Part shown: positions 12,901-25,029 of the stretch, one piece after another
How positions within the stretch are numbered: the first letter of the stretch is position 1
How the letters are laid out: each line of letters starts with the position of its first letter
Assembly (NCBI GenBank): GCA_036172245.1
Contig: JAYWIR010000015.1
Span: forward strand, 2,542,001-2,606,000
DNA length: 64,000 nucleotides
Direction of reading: 5' to 3'
Source: Raillietiella orientalis
Taxonomy: Eukaryota
The notes under the pieces: model-generated
The model's input: the letters and a program-made list of their open reading frames with translations, nothing else
What the model was told of the DNA's origin: nothing
The model's database searches: none
Translations under genes and position numbers: made by a program

Positions 12901-15900
12901 AAATTCTACGTCCCTTCCCCCCCCCCCCCCTCTCCTTTTCCTCTTCTGATATCTTTGGTATGAATGGATGTCTTCCGAGGCACCTCTGGAGACAGAGAGG
13001 AAGAGTGGTAGAGGCAAAATTTCCGCGGGAGAAGAACCTCCAGGCTGACGGGACACCCACCGTTGCGAGCGGTCAGTTAGAGTTCCTCGAAGATGCGGCG
13101 AGAGACAGAAAAAGAGGGAATGGGACAGACCAGAGGGGATCGGGGAGGAAGCAACCGCCTCAAGGAATGACTTTCGGGAATGCCTTCTCTGAGATACTCC
13201 GAATTTCCCAAGTTGGCTGCGGGACCAAGTTCAGGGCAGTTTTGCGGTATCGAAGGCAGCTGCCCACGATAAGAACACAACAATCACAAGGGCTCGGGAA
13301 TCGGGTCCCCCACCCTTCGCGAGGATGAGATGGCTGCTTTTACAGAGGGGTGCCGCATCCAAGAGTCCAGGCGTCACGATGAGGGAAAATCCATGAATCG
13401 CACCCCGAGGAAGACGCTTGGTCGCTCCAGGGGTGCCCTCAAGCTCTCTTGGTGACACTGGATGTGCCCATCGTAAGTAGGAGCTCTGTGACCCTTCTGT
13501 GCTTTTATGTTGGGTCTTTCCAAGTAAGGTTCCCAGGGTAGGACGGGGAGCTTCGAGTTTGAACCGTGGGAATGAGCGTGATGGGTCGCCTCTCTCGTTG
13601 AGAGAAGCTGTCCTAAAGTAAAAGAAGGCTCATGAGGAGAGGAAATGAGGAGGTACCGGTATATAAGAAAGCTGCGCCAGGATGGGCCTCTTGCGTCGGG
13701 ACGCCGGGGGAGGAAAAAGCCGGGGAGGGGGAAGTTCGAGTCCCAGGAGTCATCCCCAGGAATGGGAAACCCGGCAAGGGAGCGGAATATTCAGTGGCGA
13801 TCCCATCACGCGCTCACTCATCTCTCCTCCTGTCCTGCCGCATCTTTTCGACGCATCCAGAAGATACAAACCTACTTGTGTACCGACGTCTTTAATTCAT
13901 TGGACTCAGGGAAGTGTGGGAAGGGAGGATTCACTGCGCTCATCTTTGGTGGCGATGGTGGGACCGATGATTGCGTTGGCTCGACGTGGAGAAGGGAGGG
14001 CTGGGGAAAGGGACAGCGTAAAGCACCAGCCCTATCAATCTGACGGGATGAAGGAGAAGCATGCATGCAGAACGTGGTTTTGTTTCCTACTAACCGCACT
14101 CCCTCTCCAGTTCAGGGGATGGAGGGAGGATCTGTTCTTCCCCATCCCCTTGCCGGCCAGCGGTGTCGAGCGTTTGGACATCTCTTCTTCCCTCTAGGTG
14201 AATCTTTCCTTCTTCTTTTCCTTCCTCTTCCCTCTCTCATTTGGCTTCCTTCCTCCTGCTGCGACTTCACTACCGATCACCTTCCTTTCCCTTTACGGAG
14301 GTGTAGAGGATCCTAGGGGTCAACTCGCTCGGGAAGGAGTGGGAGAAGTGTCCTGCAAGGGAGCCAAATGAGAGAAGGGACCCATCTCTTCCCGTTTGTT
14401 TCCTTTTCCTTCTCCGCTATTAGAAGAAAAAGAGAGGAGACTCAGCTCCGCTCCCTTCCTTTTTTTTCTCTTTTCATCTCCGCCCTTCTCCATACCCCAC
14501 CCTGCCCCACCGCGCCTCTTCTCTGCGATACATAGACCCGCCTCCGCTTAACGACCGCCCTTCCTGCCGTCGCCAGGTAGCCTGGGCCCACGTGAACCGG
14601 AAGATGGTCCTTTCCTTGGACAGGAGCATCGTGGTCAGGACGAACCGCTTCTCTGTCTGGAGCGACGGCTGTAAGGTCTGGAGGCTGCACATCGGAGCCG
14701 CCCGCCAGGAGGATGCCGGCGAGTACATGTGCCAGCTGAACACGGAACCCATGCTCAGTCAGAAGGGGTTCCTCAAAGTCGTCGGTGAGGATCCAGCTGA
14801 GGGCAGAGGGGGGAAAGAAGGATGGAACTAAACTCTTCTGCGCAACCTACCCTCTTTCTCCGCCCGCTTCTCCCGTCCCCGCTCCTCTCCAAACCAGATA
14901 TTTTGCCTGCTCCCTCGCGGCAAGACGGACGGAAGAAAGGAACGGAAAAGGCTTCCCTGTGGTGTCGATTGTCCCTCCCCATCCCTACGAGGCGCTCAGG
15001 TCAAAAGATGCGTGCGTGAGCACTCGTAAGCTCACCCGCTACCTATCTCCTTCCAGCCCCAGAGATATCGAATTAACTATTATTCTTCCTCTGCCCTTCT
15101 TTCCATTCTCCCATTGATTTTCCATAGCCACCTGATCAGTATCATTAATCCTCTTCTTAATCTTCACACTCAAGTATGAATTCCGTACCGGTTCCATCTC
15201 ATGGCCTTTCTCTAGGCCGCCCGCTTTAGCTACTGCAGATACGCGTAGGTTCAGTTAGGCATCACGCGGCACGCTCGTGAACGTGGAGTCGTGCCGAGCT
15301 TCCCTCTGAGGGCACGCATCCCTACTCTCTCTTCCGGGGAGCCTCTGCGGTTCCCGGAGGTCGTCCTTCTCGACAGATCTCGCAGGTTCCACCGCTACAC
15401 ACTCCCTCTTTCCCTCTCTCCCAAATTCCCGAACTGTTCTTTGGTCCGCTTCTCCTGGGGTCTTCCTACTAGCGAGGGAGATATTCGTCGCTCGCGTCTT
15501 TCCCTTTTCTATCCAGAGACAGACAGACATTCTTCCCCCCTCGAGTCCCATTCTTCCAGTATCACTGGTCGAGGAGAAGCAGGCAGGAGTTTAAGGACAT
15601 GAAGGGCACCGATAGCGTAGAGATGGGAACGGGGCGGAATTTTGGTTCCCCACTCCCAGCCCTTCCTTGGATCGGGACGGTAGAGAAAAAAAGGGGAGGT
15701 CTTGGATGCCCTTGGATTGCGAGACTTGCCTTTTCAAGAGGGATGAAGAGTTTCTGGGAGACACTCATTTCCTTCTAGTTCACCCATGTCTCACTTCCTC
15801 TATCCCACCATTGGCAAGGATATCTGCTGGAGGGCTCTTGAGCTCTTTCCTCCGGATGGCCCTCCTGACCAGAGTCCCAACCAATGACCGCTAAGAATCG

Positions 15901-18900
15901 AGAGAGGGGTAGGTGAAGAGAAAGGGGATGGAGAAGGGAGAACTCATTCGTGAGCTAGGAGGCACCCTTTCTATCTCTTCGCACTCTCCCGCCATCTTAG
16001 GGAGTTCATTTCTCCCCAAGTTCGGGAAGTGAGGAAGCAAAGAAGCTGGAGATGGGCTGACGGCGAGATTCCCAGTGGTCATTCTCTCTCCGCTTTCCCT
16101 TCCTCTTGCTAAAGTCTCCGCATTCCATCTTGCTGGAACCAGGAGAGAAACACCGCACTAACGTTGCTTGTGCGAGTCCCCGGTCCAGTCTCCTTTCCCC
16201 AGGCAGCACCAGTCGGAGGTGGCACTATGGGAGAACTGCTCTCGCCACGTCTTTCGTCTTCTCCGGGTCTCTTGCGCCGCCGCGGATGTAGTGGAACTTC
16301 ACCATCTAACCCAGAGAAGCTCCCGGGAACTCTAGCAGCGAGAGAACGGTGCAGTGACGTCATCGGAGAAAAGAAAAAGTAAAGAAGAAAAAGAAGAAAA
16401 AAAGAAAACTCTTTCGCTTGCTTCATTCTCGTCTCTCTCTGTCTCTTCCTCTTTTATCCCTCCCTTCTCTATCTCTTTCCCATCATCAGATGCATCTCCG
16501 CCGCATCTCATGAATCCCAACGACGTCATGATGAGGGCCGAGAATCATCGAAATGGTCCCTCGGAGATCGTCCCTGTCTCTGAGTCGTACGCGTATCTCG
16601 AGATGCGCGGGACCCAAATAAGCTGGAGGTCCTGCAGCTTCCACCCCTAAAATGGAAGACCCGCCTGCCTCGACTTTTTCACCTGCCGACCGGCCGGAGG
16701 AGGGAGAAAGGAAGAACCGGGGTGCTCTTCTGCACACCGAGGGGAAAAAACTTAGAAGTCCTCCTTTCCCCTCCTCAGCATGTTGGCACTAATCCTATTC
16801 TCCAACCTGTCTTGGTGAACTTCTTTAGATGATGTGGGAGTGGGAAACCTTCATCTCTTTTTGTTTGAGCAACAGTAAGTGCAGATGGAGATTTCACGAG
16901 ACCATGCGGCCATGAAAGAAGACCCACTCGCCGTTTTACTCTCCTCGGGGATTCTTCCTCGATGACGGTCTCAGGGATCTCGCGGCGAAGCCCTCTTTCC
17001 TCCCACTAGAGAGCCATCTGTCCTCTCTAGGAGACGGTACGATGACGCAAGGAGACGGCAGAAGCGGGATGGAAGGGAGGCGGCCTTTTTGAGATGGATC
17101 GTTGTCCAAGAGTTTCCAAGCAAATGACTTGCCTGAGGAACCGCGTTCGATCTCTATCTTCTGACGGATCTGGCACCCCTCACCGCGTGGAAGATGCGTC
17201 ATGGCTCTGTGATCCCTAAGCTGGACACTTTAGCTGGAAATGGATGGAACTCTCCGTGCCACGTTCCCTCCTCGCTACAGTCCTTACGAGGTTCTCTTCC
17301 ATCTTTATCGCCTCCTCCTCCTCCTCCTTAGACGAGAGGAAGGACTCCTTCCTTCTCTCTGAGAGGGATCCTCTTTCTCTTCCAATCCACTTCTGCCTCC
17401 TCATGGCCTCGATGAGAGAACATGGACCTTCCCGAGGGAAGAGACTCTCCCAGGGCGAGTGCGGACTGGGGGATCTGACTTCACTATGGTAGAGCCTTGA
17501 GTGACATCTCCAGAGAGTCCTCACTACTACTTTCCCGTGGACTACTTTTACCACCTAAACTCCCCCTTGTCAAGAGATCCTCTGTCTCCACCTGACCCCC
17601 ATTCCAGTCTCGCGTACCTCCTCTCCAGCACGTTGCATCTTACCTGGCGGATACAGAGGCCGGCAGCTTCATCACCTCCCTCCCCGAACTTTTTCACTCG
17701 GTTCCATTCACCACTTCCGACCCCGCATCGCCATCAGCAAGTTTTTCGTTCCTTATCCTTCTACTCTTGAACTCGATGACAACCCTTCCTACTCATAGAG
17801 TGTCACTTTCCTCTCTCTTCTGCGTCACTTCCTTTGCGTGGTGGTTCCAATGTCGGAGAGCAAAAGAGGACAGTAACTACAGCATTTGAATACGGAGTTC
17901 ATCACCTGGGACGATAAAAGAATCGAGAGTAATCCAGAAAGGAAACAGCAGGCATTGGCAAGGATGCCTACACAAAACACGGCTCTTCTTCCTTGGAATA
18001 CGCAGAGGTCCTGACGGACGGCTACTTCCTTGCCAACCGTTTGGTTTCCGGGTGCAGCCGGCGTCTTTTCCTGGAACGTCCATTCCAAGCACCTTCCTGT
18101 TGGAGAAAACGGTTGAATCCTCCCCAAGAGCACCTCACTCCTTTCCTTCTCCCTAGCTATTCTGTTTCTTCTACCTGGTGGGATCTGCCATTACCCCTCC
18201 CATCTAGACTTCTAGATATGGGGAGCTTCGCTCCTTCTACCTCCCGATCCATATCGCTGAGCTGTCACTGCTTCTTTTCCCGAGTTGAGTTCGTACCTTC
18301 GTCATCCAGTAGTGGTAGTTTGGAGAAGTTAATCTTCGGGGTCATGAGCTTCCCCAGATGCTTCACCAAGAGGAGCAAAGAGGAGAGAAAACGATGGGGT
18401 AGGGGCTCAAAACGAGAGCATTCCTGCCTGCACGCGCAACAGGTTCTTGCAGAATGCAGAGAGCGCATTCCTGGAAGATGGGAGAGGGGGGAGGATCCTC
18501 CATTTGCCCTTGAAGGAGGCACGCGAACCGGTTTCCATGACGACAACATGAGAAAAATTTCTCAAGGGGCCTATAGCCTCCTTTTTACAGGACTATCTCA
18601 TCCCTCTATTAGAAAGGGAAGCAAAAGATCTGTGGAGGACGTAAAACCAGAGCTACCTCTCACGGAAGGTGAGGAGCCTCTCCAACGCCTGTCCTGGAGC
18701 ACTGGCCTTTCGGAATAAGGTGGTTGCACTGTCTCCGTCTTAATCGAGCTGCTCTACTCTCCCATACCGCGCCCATTCCTCCTCTTGAGCCTCCTTCCTT
18801 CTCTTCCCCTTCTTAACTATCTCCTGACCTCCAAAGTTCCACCTTCCCTCGATTTTCTTTCCATCATCCAGCTGGCAATGCCTGCGACAGAGGACGGAGC

Positions 18901-20557
18901 CCACCGGGAGAATGATCAGCGGAAGGTCTCTGCGGTAAAAGAAGAGATGGAGCAGCTAGGTGCCTCCTCTTCTATGAAAGGGATGGGAATGCAGCCACTT
19001 CCTTCATTCCTCCTCCTCCTCCTTGTTTCTCTCTCTGCCCGGCTCTGCATATCAAAGCCCAGCAGAGGGAATAGAAAAGAGCTCAGGCGAAGACGGTGGT
19101 TTGGGAGGACGCCAGCAGGTTCGGCAGGTTGCAGCGGTTGAGATAGTCGATGACCCTTTCCTCCTTTTCGATCGCTTCCTACCTCTACCTCCTACTACCT
19201 CTTATCCCTCCACGAGAATAAGGGAGATCCAGTACTCCTCCCTCCAATCTTTCAGTTCCTCCTAGCATTGACGACGAGAGGAGTTCCGACTCGCTGCTAG
19301 TCGTGGAGGAGTCCGAGGTTGCGAGGTTCCGGTGCGTAGCCACGGGCGTTCCCGCACCACTCATCACGTGGAGGAGGGAAAGCAACGGCACCATCCTCTC
19401 AGGTGGGTTCTCCAGAACCCTTTCCCTCTTTTTTTTGGAGTTAGAGAAACCGGTGGGAACTCACTCTTATCGAGCGCGTCCCCGCAGGCGCGGTCGAGTT
19501 TGCCGGAGAGCTGGTGCTTAGGATGGCGTCCAGGAAGGACATGGGCGCCTACCTCTGCGTGGCGAACAACAGCGTCCCTCCCACTGTCAGCAAGCGCTTC
19601 GTCCTGGAAGTCCGCTGTGAGTGGCGTCTTATTCTTCCCTTCCTCCACCCTCGTTTACATCCTTCCCATCCCGATAGCAGTAGGATGAAGGAGGAGAGTG
19701 CTGGCGACTTTGTTCCACGAGTTTCTTCTCATTTCAGTTCCCCCAGAGGTCTCCTTGTTAGAGAGGGATATCTCTGTGCTTTCCGGGATGGACGCGACCC
19801 TAAAATGCGCCATCGAGGCACACCCGAAAGGCACCTACAAATGGAAGGTCAACGGCAGCGTCATCCGTCCGGGAGATATGTCCGTCCAAGTCAGCGAGAC
19901 CTCACACTCCTACAGAACGGTCTCTCAGCTGGTCATCAGGAAGGCAATATCCCAGAACTCTGGCGTCTACACTTGCGAGGCAAAGAACTCCTACGGGAAT
20001 GTCCAGGACAACGCGGAGCTACGGGGTATGAAAGGAGAAGGAAGGATCTTCTAGAGGGGTTCCTCCAAATCCAAAAAAGGGAAGCAATTGGAGGATCCTT
20101 TTCCCTCACCACTACCTTCCTCTCCCTTCTTTGTCCGACGAGAGAAAGACGTCCACGGGGTTGCTCAAGACATTTCTCCTTGCTCCTCTCTCTGAAACAC
20201 AGAGGATGGCAATCGTTATTTTGGCTTCCAGGTGGCGTTTTCTCCTTTCCTCCGTGAGCCAGGAGTTGATCAGAGGGGAACTGGGACTGGAGTACACGGG
20301 GGTCAGCAGAGCAGACGTACTCAATGCCTGCCTTTCGCGCATTTTTCGGTACATCATAGCCCCGCAGCTCGGAGCTTAGGGAGACTCTCTTCACCTTCCC
20401 TCCCAAACTGGTTGCATGCTAGTATATGTGACTCTTCTTCCAGTCGTGGCAGCATCCGCCGACTGGGCACTCACGCGCAGCCACCGCCAGAAAGACCAAC
20501 TGAGAGTCAAGGTTGTCCAGCTGGACCAAGATGACGAAGCCTTCTTCTATTACGGAA
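9874..20557 (+). CDS. Three-Ig-domain cell-adhesion protein, DIP/Lachesin (IgLON-like) family; spliced gene, 3' end uncertain
   Basis: Phase-consistent GT-AG exons 9874-9961, 11487-11590, 14577-14784, 19256-19402, 19488-19616, 19738-20025 and probably 20444-20557. Hallmarks: PTFSHSIGNVTVVAGRDATLVC..LG..VAW; DAGEYMCQLNTEPMLSQKGFLKVVVPPSI; CVATGVPAPLITWRRE; DMGAYLCVANNSVPPTVSKR; CAIEAHP..W; GVYTCEAKNSYG. Confidence 0.92.
11487..11590 (+). CDS. Ig gene exon 2 (first half of Ig1)
   Basis: Polypyrimidine tract + CAG; PGLPTFSHSIGNVTVVAGRDATLVCVIEDLGRHM; donor GTAAAC. Confidence 0.92.
13700..14000 (-). mobile_element. Intronic decayed LINE RT fragment
   Basis: SNELKTSVHK*VCI (cf. N.L..N..KT) followed by FPFLGMT (cf. 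F.YLG). Weak. Confidence 0.3.
14577..14784 (+). CDS. Ig gene exon 3 (second half of Ig1)
   Basis: VAWAHVNRK...WRLHI..DAGEYMCQLNTEPM...; CAG acceptor, GTGAG donor. Confidence 0.95.
15960..16740 (-). mobile_element. Intronic decayed RTE-like C-terminal region
   Basis: VEAAGPPAYLG (cf. E.V...YLG), LSWFQQDGMRR (cf. LRWFGHVMRR), GR...LRWRESAKR (cf. GRP..RW.D.V..D), in order. Confidence 0.4.
17000..17200 (-). mobile_element. Intronic LINE thumb-region fragment
   Basis: HLPRGEG...FAWKLLDNDPS (cf. LP..EGGLG...W.WRLL..P.S). Weak. Confidence 0.3.
17825..18550 (-). mobile_element. Intronic decayed CR1-like RT
   Basis: SSWKPVRVPP..NGG..LSHLPGMRSL (cf. WK.A.V.PI.K.G..NYR.ISL), then GRCLEWTFQ..NQTVG..VRQDLCVFQG (cf. 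G..L.W...R.Q.V..GVPQG). Confidence 0.55.
19256..19402 (+). CDS. Ig gene exon 4 (first half of Ig2)
   Basis: VPPSIDDERSSDSLLVVEESEVARFRCVATGVPAPLITWRRE; acceptor TTTCAG, donor GTGGGT. Confidence 0.9.
19488..19616 (+). CDS. Ig gene exon 5 (second half of Ig2)
   Basis: GELVLRMASRKDMGAYLCVANNSVPPTVSKRFVLEVR; preceded by an 85-nt intron; donor GTGAGT. Confidence 0.9.
19738..20025 (+). CDS. Ig gene exon 6 (Ig3)
   Basis: FPPEV...DATLKCAIEAHP..YKW...GVYTCEAKNSYGNVQDNAELR; TTTCAG acceptor, GTATGA donor. Confidence 0.92.
20444..20557 (+). CDS. Ig gene candidate exon 7 (post-Ig linker)
   Basis: ctcttcttccag acceptor, open phase-1/phase-1 frame (VAASADWALT...FFYYG), GTGAGT donor; no homology support. 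Confidence 0.45.
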
Positions 20558-23449
20558 GTGAGTTGTAGTTTCTTATCTTCTTTACTTCCTTTCCCACTGC
20601 CCCAAGTTTTAAACTTGATCAGTGATCTTGGTCCGTTTGCTCCTCCTCTTCTTATGGTTCTTGTGCTTTGGGACGGTCGGGGCTTCGTGGTGGATTCTTC
20701 TTGCAGCCACAGCCACAATTTTCTTCCTTGACTCTCTGCAGACGTGCTGATGACACCCTGAACATGACTGATGTGCTGTCGATATGGGTTGTGGGATGCC
20801 ATCGGGGTGCCATTAGTTCCATCAAACAGCACGATCGATCCGCTCAGCGTTAGGCTGAAGTTTCTGACAGGGTGCGCGTGTTAACGATCTCTTTGATGTG
20901 TCGCCTCTGAGAAATTGGCTCAAGGATGTGACCTTCCCCTTGGTTTCCACCTAGATTCAAGACAGCAGCAGCTGAATCGCTCCTCCTACTCCAGAAGTTC
21001 CACCGGGAAGCTGCGAGTTTCCGGTGCCTCCGTCCCTTGGGTGGCGGTGCTGATCTCAGTGCTGTGGGTGTGAAGAAGATTGCGTTTGGTGATTCGACAT
21101 ACCAGAAAGCCACAGGATCTCCGCAGATGCAGGTGGCAGATTTCCCTCTTTCCCCCCCTTCCCTTCCTGCATCCTCTGTGGGATACCAGCAATGCTCTGG
21201 AAGGTGCACGCGCGAAGAAAGAAAATAAATGCCACTGTTGGGGCTCTCCGTGAAGGAGCAACCCGATGCAAAGCCCTCATGATTGAGGGGAAGAGGGAAC
21301 ACTTGCAAGTCGCACCTGTGCACTTTGAGGCACGGCGCGCAGCAGAGCGTAGGAGGAACGACGAAGATTGAGATGCTCTTTCTTTCTCCGTGACCAGGAA
21401 TCGCGCTCCAGGGGATAGGAACGCAAGGGGGATAAGGAGGAGAGAAGGAGCGGTGATTCTCTGCAGCTTCCTCCAAGAGATCGGAGGGACTGCACGTAAC
21501 TACCTCGTGCTGCGATCTGCTAACGCGCCTCAGTGGCACTGCGGAGACATGGAGTTTCGTGTACAGCTGAGTTTTCTTTTTCTTTTTTTTCTTGCGCTTC
21601 CTTTCTTCCTTTTTTTCTTCTTTTTTGTGTTTTTTCACGGCATCTGCAGCTGCCGTTTCCTCACCTCCTTTTCCCTGCCTCCAGCAAAAAAAAAAAATTC
21701 TTTCCTCCTGCTGCTGGCTGCCGTTCTACCAGAATTCGATCCAGGAACAACAGCTGCCATCCTGAAGTGACGCGGAGTTCTGGGTTCGTCCTCTCCAGTC
21801 ATCCACTAACAGCTCCGCGGCTGCAGTCCTCAATGATAGCTTTTGAAGCAACTGTCTTCTCTGTCTTGTTCTTCCCGGGCATGAAACGTGTTCTCTCCTC
21901 CTCCTCCTACTTGTTCTCTTACGTCTACTTCTACTACTTCTGCTCCCCTTAATACTATTATTTCTTCTCTTTCTCGTACTACTCCACTAAACTACTCCTT
22001 ACTAATCATGCTCTCACAATTTCTCACTCCTTGGCGTTCCAGGACACTCTTCCTCCTCCTCCTTCGCCCAGAGCAAAGAACAGTCGCTGTTACTGACGCC
22101 GCATCAAAATGGCAGTGAACCAGTCTTGCCAGACTCTTCTCTCTCTCAACCAGAGCCCTCTCTTGTACGCGAGGAACATGCAGGCACAGTGTTGCTGCGC
22201 TGCGCCCGCGTGCCGAGGCTGAGATGGGTTTGCTTGCTTGAGCACCCAGAAGTGCGGTATCCTTGGTCTCATCTCGTTCAAACCTTGCTGCCTTCCTTTT
22301 ATCTCCTCCAAAAGACCAGAGTCTCAGCCCGACTGTCCTCGGTCCCTTAGCACATTGTTCTCTGGACCTACTCCGGATAGAAAGAGGAAAGAAAATTCAG
22401 TTTCTTTCTGATAAAATGAGCATCTATGGTCATCTCGTTTCGGGACCTTCGTCCTCCCTTCGGATGGATCATGCATCCGAGGACAGCGTTTCGGAGGGAA
22501 CCACCGGAAGACTCCAGCGAAACAGCGCAAACTACCATCTCTCTAGAATTCTCCAGATGGCATACACTTCACTGGATAAAGAATTTGACCCTTCCCTTGT
22601 TTTGTGTGTCCTCTTCGCCTTTACTTTCTTTCCCCATCCTCCCACTACCCTTGACTCCCCGGATACATCCCGTAGCAACACTTGTCATGAAGGCGACACC
22701 TTCGGCAGATTCAAGGCAACACGAAACAAGGAATGGGAACCGAGCAGAGTTTCAGAAAGCGGAGGGGTCCAGGAGTCCCCCGAGGTGAGGACCGAGGTCC
22801 GTTCCGGTTCTCCCTCGATGTTGGACCCGCCTTAGGACCAGCCAGTGGTAGCGACAAAGATGGACAAGAGGTCCTCCTTCAAGTAGACACTCCTCGTCCC
22901 AAGCTAAATCTACCTTCCCCTCATTCTCATTCCGTCTCCAAGTGACGCATACAGTCGTATCAATCACGCACAAGCTCCTCGCTTCGGCCAGTCACCTAAC
23001 GGTCGAAGGTGACTGGAGTCCTCTGCACACTGTTGTGGGATCGAAAAGCGGAATGGAGTGTGCTGCGGTGGAACGCTTCCGTCTCTGGTCCCCGTGTTCC
23101 TTTCAGAAGCAAGGGATGGGAGTAAGGGTGGGAGACGGTTGGGAAGGAGGCGAATTCAAGCGAAAGGATTGGCAGAAGTAGGGAGACAATTCAGCATTCA
23201 TCGTCTTCATCTCCAGACTGCGTCTCCGGGGCGACCTGGAACCAGAACCCCTACTGCTCCAGGGGCGTCCAAGGAAAGAGAAAGAAGCTGGGAGTTTCAC
23301 TTTCAAAGATCGCCCTCTTTCCTTCCCAGGTGATGCAGACTTCCCGTCCACGAAGATATCCCAGACGGGAAGGGAAGCTGGGAATGGGAGGGAAGGGGAG
23401 ATGGGAACGAAAACGGAGTCCGAAGCTTGGTATCCTTCCTTTGCTGCCG

Positions 23450-24350
23450 GGAACCCTGATGAGGGTTTCGACGGGGCAAAAGCGAGCGTCGGTTCCTCTG
23501 CTTCTCATGAGTCTCGGGATCATCCCGACACGCGCCGATGCCATCTGTACCAGGATCTCCAATCTTGGAAAGCGATCTCGCGCGCGCACGCGGCGCGTCC
23601 GCATCGCGCGAGAAGCTCCCGAGTTTCCTCCGCGAGAACGCTGGTGGAGGCTGTTTTAAGTTTCCGCCCGAAAGTGCAACCGGAGAACTTGCAGATGGAG
23701 GGGGAGGGGGGGAATAGAAGTGGACTGGTTGGTCTGAGCCCGTAACGAACTTGCGCCCTCTCTTCCTCCTGCCAGGAGGTATGGCCGAAAGTTCAGAGGA
23801 GCCAACCGACGTCAGAACCTTCAGAGGTAGGAGCCCGTCCGTGGCGCCCTGGCACACCCGGCTCAGCCAGTGGTGTCATCGGACTGCCGCGACCTGCGAG
23901 TCTCGAGCGTCCCCAGTGGGGACACGCGAGGAATGACGCAGCCTGCTAACCTCGCGGTCCATCCGATGCCACCTCGCAGACTGGACCGTACTAGCCCCAG
24001 CGCCTAGGTGAACGATCGGTTTCGTCCGTGGGGCCTTACTGCAGAGGTCGCCAGCGGCAGTCCCGGGAAACAGCAAGGGAGCAGCGGGAGCCTGCTCTGT
24101 TCTCCCCGAACCTTCGCAGAACTCGCGCCACTCTTCCTCTGTCGACTCTGAGGAACAGCGCCAGGAAGTGGCGTGCCGTCGGGACCCCATCCGCATCCCC
24201 ACGCAGACGTGCCCGAAACGACGGTCATCGGAAATCGACGAGAGCCCTGCCCCGCAGCAAGCCAGGAGCTTCTGGACTTCCGAAGCTGCTCCGTGGCGCG
24301 TGAGTTCCCGATGGACCCCGCTCCCTTCTCACGAAGGGAACTTCCTCGAT
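23450..24350 (-). mobile_element. Decayed R2/NeSL-like (RLE-type) RT/thumb fragment
   Basis: SSISDD (cf. FADD), EWREFCEGSG (cf. LEEFC..TGL), KPIVHLG (cf. KYLG), QVAAVR*HHWLSRVCQGATDGLL (cf. AAV+RWL.LP..T.DGLL), FPRLE. Confidence 0.45.
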
Positions 24351-25029
24351 AATGAGGGGCGACCTACACCTGGAAGGGGTGTTTCACATCTCGGGATTCC
24401 CCGCATTTCTCTCCGCGGGAGAGCGCATGCTCCCTGGAGCAAACTCTAAGCAGACGGGGTATCGCGAGCCGCCGGCTAACGATGTTTTCCACGTTTTTTT
24501 CCTTTCTAAAAAAAGAAAAAAGGAAAAACTTAATTCGAAAATCCCGACGTCTGGTCCCTCGAAATCAGGAGAGCGATTTCGATCCGGTACGGTCGCTGCC
24601 GCCGTTTCCATGATCACTGAGGTCGTCCTCCCCCGAAGGGACGTTCCCGTTTTTTCTCCTTTTTTTTTTTTGTTTGCAGCGGCGTTCGTTTCGGAGCCTT
24701 TCAAGGGATGCTTCGTTTCGTTTCACTCATATAGGTCCTGCATCCCGCGAGTAACGATCCTTTCCCGTGCCACGGGAAAGCCATCCTAGAGAATTCCTCC
24801 CGGATAACAGCACGTCGTTTGTGAAGCAAACCCAAACGAAACAGCGCGGTGCTTTTATGAGGGACCCAAGATTTTTTTCTCAGGCAGAGAGGGAGAGAGG
24901 GCAGACCCTCCGAAGAGTGCCACCAAAAGAAGAAGAAAAAAAATGGCTTCACAGAGAAAGACACCATTGTAATAGGCCCGGCAGCAGAATAAAAGTAGAG
25001 CAGTCCTTCTTTTATCTGATTTACTTGGG

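Noticed and set aside
17860..17970. Faint 18S rRNA-like words (aagaggacag..gcatt, gcattggcaaggatg) on plus
   Set aside because: Too few matches, and the minus strand here is better explained as a CR1-like RT remnant.
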